DNA from: Mobula hypostoma
Taxonomy: Eukaryota
DNA length: 64,000 bases
Assembly: GCF_963921235.1 (NCBI RefSeq)
Contig: NC_086108.1
Coordinates: forward strand, 248,001-312,000
Direction of reading: 5' to 3'
Under the pieces are notes generated by a model. The model was not told the origin of the DNA. It made no database searches and saw only the letters and a program-made list of their open reading frames with translations. The first letter of the stretch is position 1; each line of letters opens with the position of its first letter. Made by a program: the position numbers and the translations under genes. Shown piece by piece: positions 62,209 through 64,000 of this stretch.

Positions 62209-62373
62209 AGCTGACGAGACACGAAACAACCAGGCTACCTGGGTGGAACAGGTGGAAAAGTATGAAGACGAAAACATGGGGAACTTCAAAAGGATCTACC
62301 CGAGCTCCACTTCAGAGAAATACGAGAAGTTCTTGGAAACGGTTGACTCCGAGGCTCGGGAAGAATATGTCAG
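62209..62373 (+). CDS. TTLL6/TTLL13-like: TTLL6/13-like exon: ADETRNNQATWVEQVEKYEDENMGNFKRIYPSSTSEKYEKFLETVDSEAREEYV(R); the gene probably continues beyond the window
   Basis: Acceptor ctttgctttcctattag. Matches YE..N.G.F..IYP...SEKYEKF...AREEY.R. Donor uncertain: GC donor at 62374 or GT at 62378. Confidence 0.88.
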
Positions 62374-62821
62374 GCAGGTTTACACTGCCCCTCCCAGTCC
62401 TGCCCCCTCCCTCCCTCCCTCTCCAGTGTCCCACAGCCACCCAGTGTCCCATCACCTGTCAAACGGTGAAAGGCCTCGAAAGAGTGGATTTGGGAGATGC
62501 TTCCTATGGAGGGAGCGTCTCGGACCAGGGAACACAGCCTCAGAACAGAGGCGGAGGAGTGTCCTCTTAGAAAGGAGGAGAGGAGGAATTTCTTTAGCCA
62601 GAGAGTGGTGAATCCGTGGAATTTGCTCCACAGGTGGCTGTGGAGGCCAAGTCATTGGGTATATTTAAAGCAGATGCTGATAGATTCTTGATTGGTCAGG
62701 GCATGAAGCGATAAGGGGAGAAGGGAGGAGATTGCAGCTGAGAGGGAAAATGGATCAGCCATGTTGAAATGGTAGAGCAGACTTGATGGGCCAAATGGCC
62801 TAATTCTGATCTGCATCATAT

Positions 62822-64000
62822 CAGTACTGTTTGAGTACTGTTGGGGGGGACAGCTTACCCGGGGGAAGCGACAGTGGCCCTGCCTCCGGCACAGAGTCTG
62901 GCCCTGTAGCTCAGAAGGGTAGGGCAAGGAAGAGGAGGGCAGTTGTGATAGGGGACTCGATAGTAAGGGGGTCAGATAGGCGATTCTGTGGACGCAGTCC
63001 AGAGACTCGGATGGTAGTTTGCCTCCCTGGTGCCAGGGTCCGGGATATTTCTGATCGTGTCCAAGATATCCTGAAGTGGGAGGGTGAAGAGCCAGAGGTC
63101 CTGGTACATATAGGTACCAATGACATAGGTAGGAAAAGGGATGAGGTCCTGAAAGAAGAATATAGGGAGCTAGGAAGGGAGTTGAGAAAAAGGACCGCAA
63201 AGGTAGTAATCTCGGGATTACTGCCTGTGCCACGCGACAGTGAGAGTAGGAATGCGATGAGGTGGAGGATAAATGCGTGGCTGAGGGATTGGAGCAGGGG
63301 GCAGGGATTCAAGTTTTTGGATCATTGGGACCTCTTTTGGCGCAGGTGTGACCTGTACAAAAAGGACGGGTTACACTTAAATCCTCGGGGGACCAATATC
63401 CTGGCAGGGAGATTAGCGGGGGCTACTGAGGTGACTTTAAACTAGAATGGTTGGGGGGTGGGAATCAAATTAAAGCGGCTAGGTGTGAGGAGGTTAGTTC
63501 ACAACAGAGGGATGGGAACCAGTGCAGAGAGACAGAGGGGTGTAAAGTGAGCGTAGAAGCAAAAAGTACAAAGGGGAAAAGTAAAAGTGGCAGGCCGACA
63601 AATCCAGGGCAAGCATTAAAAAGGGCTAAGAGAGTTGTAAAAGAGTGCCTGAAGGCTTTATGTGTCAATGCAAGGAGCATTCGTAATAAGGTGGATGAAT
63701 TGAAAGTGCAGATTGTTATTAATGATTATGATATAGTTGGGATCACAGAGACATGGCTCCAGGGTGACCAGGGATGGGAGCTCAACGTTCAGGGATATTC
63801 AATATTCAGGAGGGATAGACACGAAGGAAGGGGAGGTGGGGTGGCGTTGCTGGTTAAAAAAGAGATTAACGCAATAGAAAGGAAGGACATAAGCCGGGAA
63901 GATGTGGAATCGATATGGGTAGAGCTGCGTAACACTAAGGGGCAGAAGACGCTGGTGGGAGTTGTGTACAGGCCACCTAACAGTAGTAGTGAGGTCGGAG
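62822..64000 (+). mobile_element. Young CR1 LINE: ORF1 SGNH/GDSL esterase domain and start of ORF2 APE (runs off the window)
   Basis: ORF 62831-63445 has GDSIV, PGA, HIGTND and DGLH esterase blocks. From ~63650 it reads LCVNARSIRNKVDEL...GITETWL...RRDR...GGGVAL...GVVYRPP. Confidence 0.95.

Noticed and set aside
62831..63445. Host GDSL/SGNH esterase gene
   Set aside because: Intronless and directly upstream of a CR1 APE domain; esterase ORF1 is a known CR1 feature.

Overview
Eukaryotic, repeat-dense genomic DNA, most likely from a cartilaginous fish (ray or shark). That assignment is inferred from HE1-like V-SINEs and abundant CR1-type LINEs. The only host gene I can support is a + strand, multi-exon TTLL6/TTLL13-like tubulin polyglutamylase homologue. 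I reconstructed nine exons by hand (10465-62373), all with compatible phases, canonical AG acceptors and canonical GT donors for the first eight. Exons 2-9 (~1210 nt) have no stop or frameshift, yet the catalytic core is systematically altered: W-L-L-E-V-N becomes W-L-M-K-V-K, the Gly-rich loop SGCQGKG becomes PDYDWRG, ARFA becomes VCFA and KFDLR becomes KFNLR. This makes it a candidate catalytically dead TTLL pseudoenzyme. One in-frame TGA lies at the start of the first recognisable exon. The first ~9.5 kb is a C/T-rich tract with a 0.8-1.6 kb higher-order repeat. The introns hold nested retroelements: CR1, Rex1/Babar, Penelope (with about 11 minimal hammerhead-ribozyme motifs), RTE-related and tRNA-derived SINEs (one family with an HDV/CPEB3-like ribozyme core), a hAT MITE, a solo LTR and minisatellites. 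All protein and element comparisons are by eye against recalled family consensus sequences, and TE boundaries are approximate.
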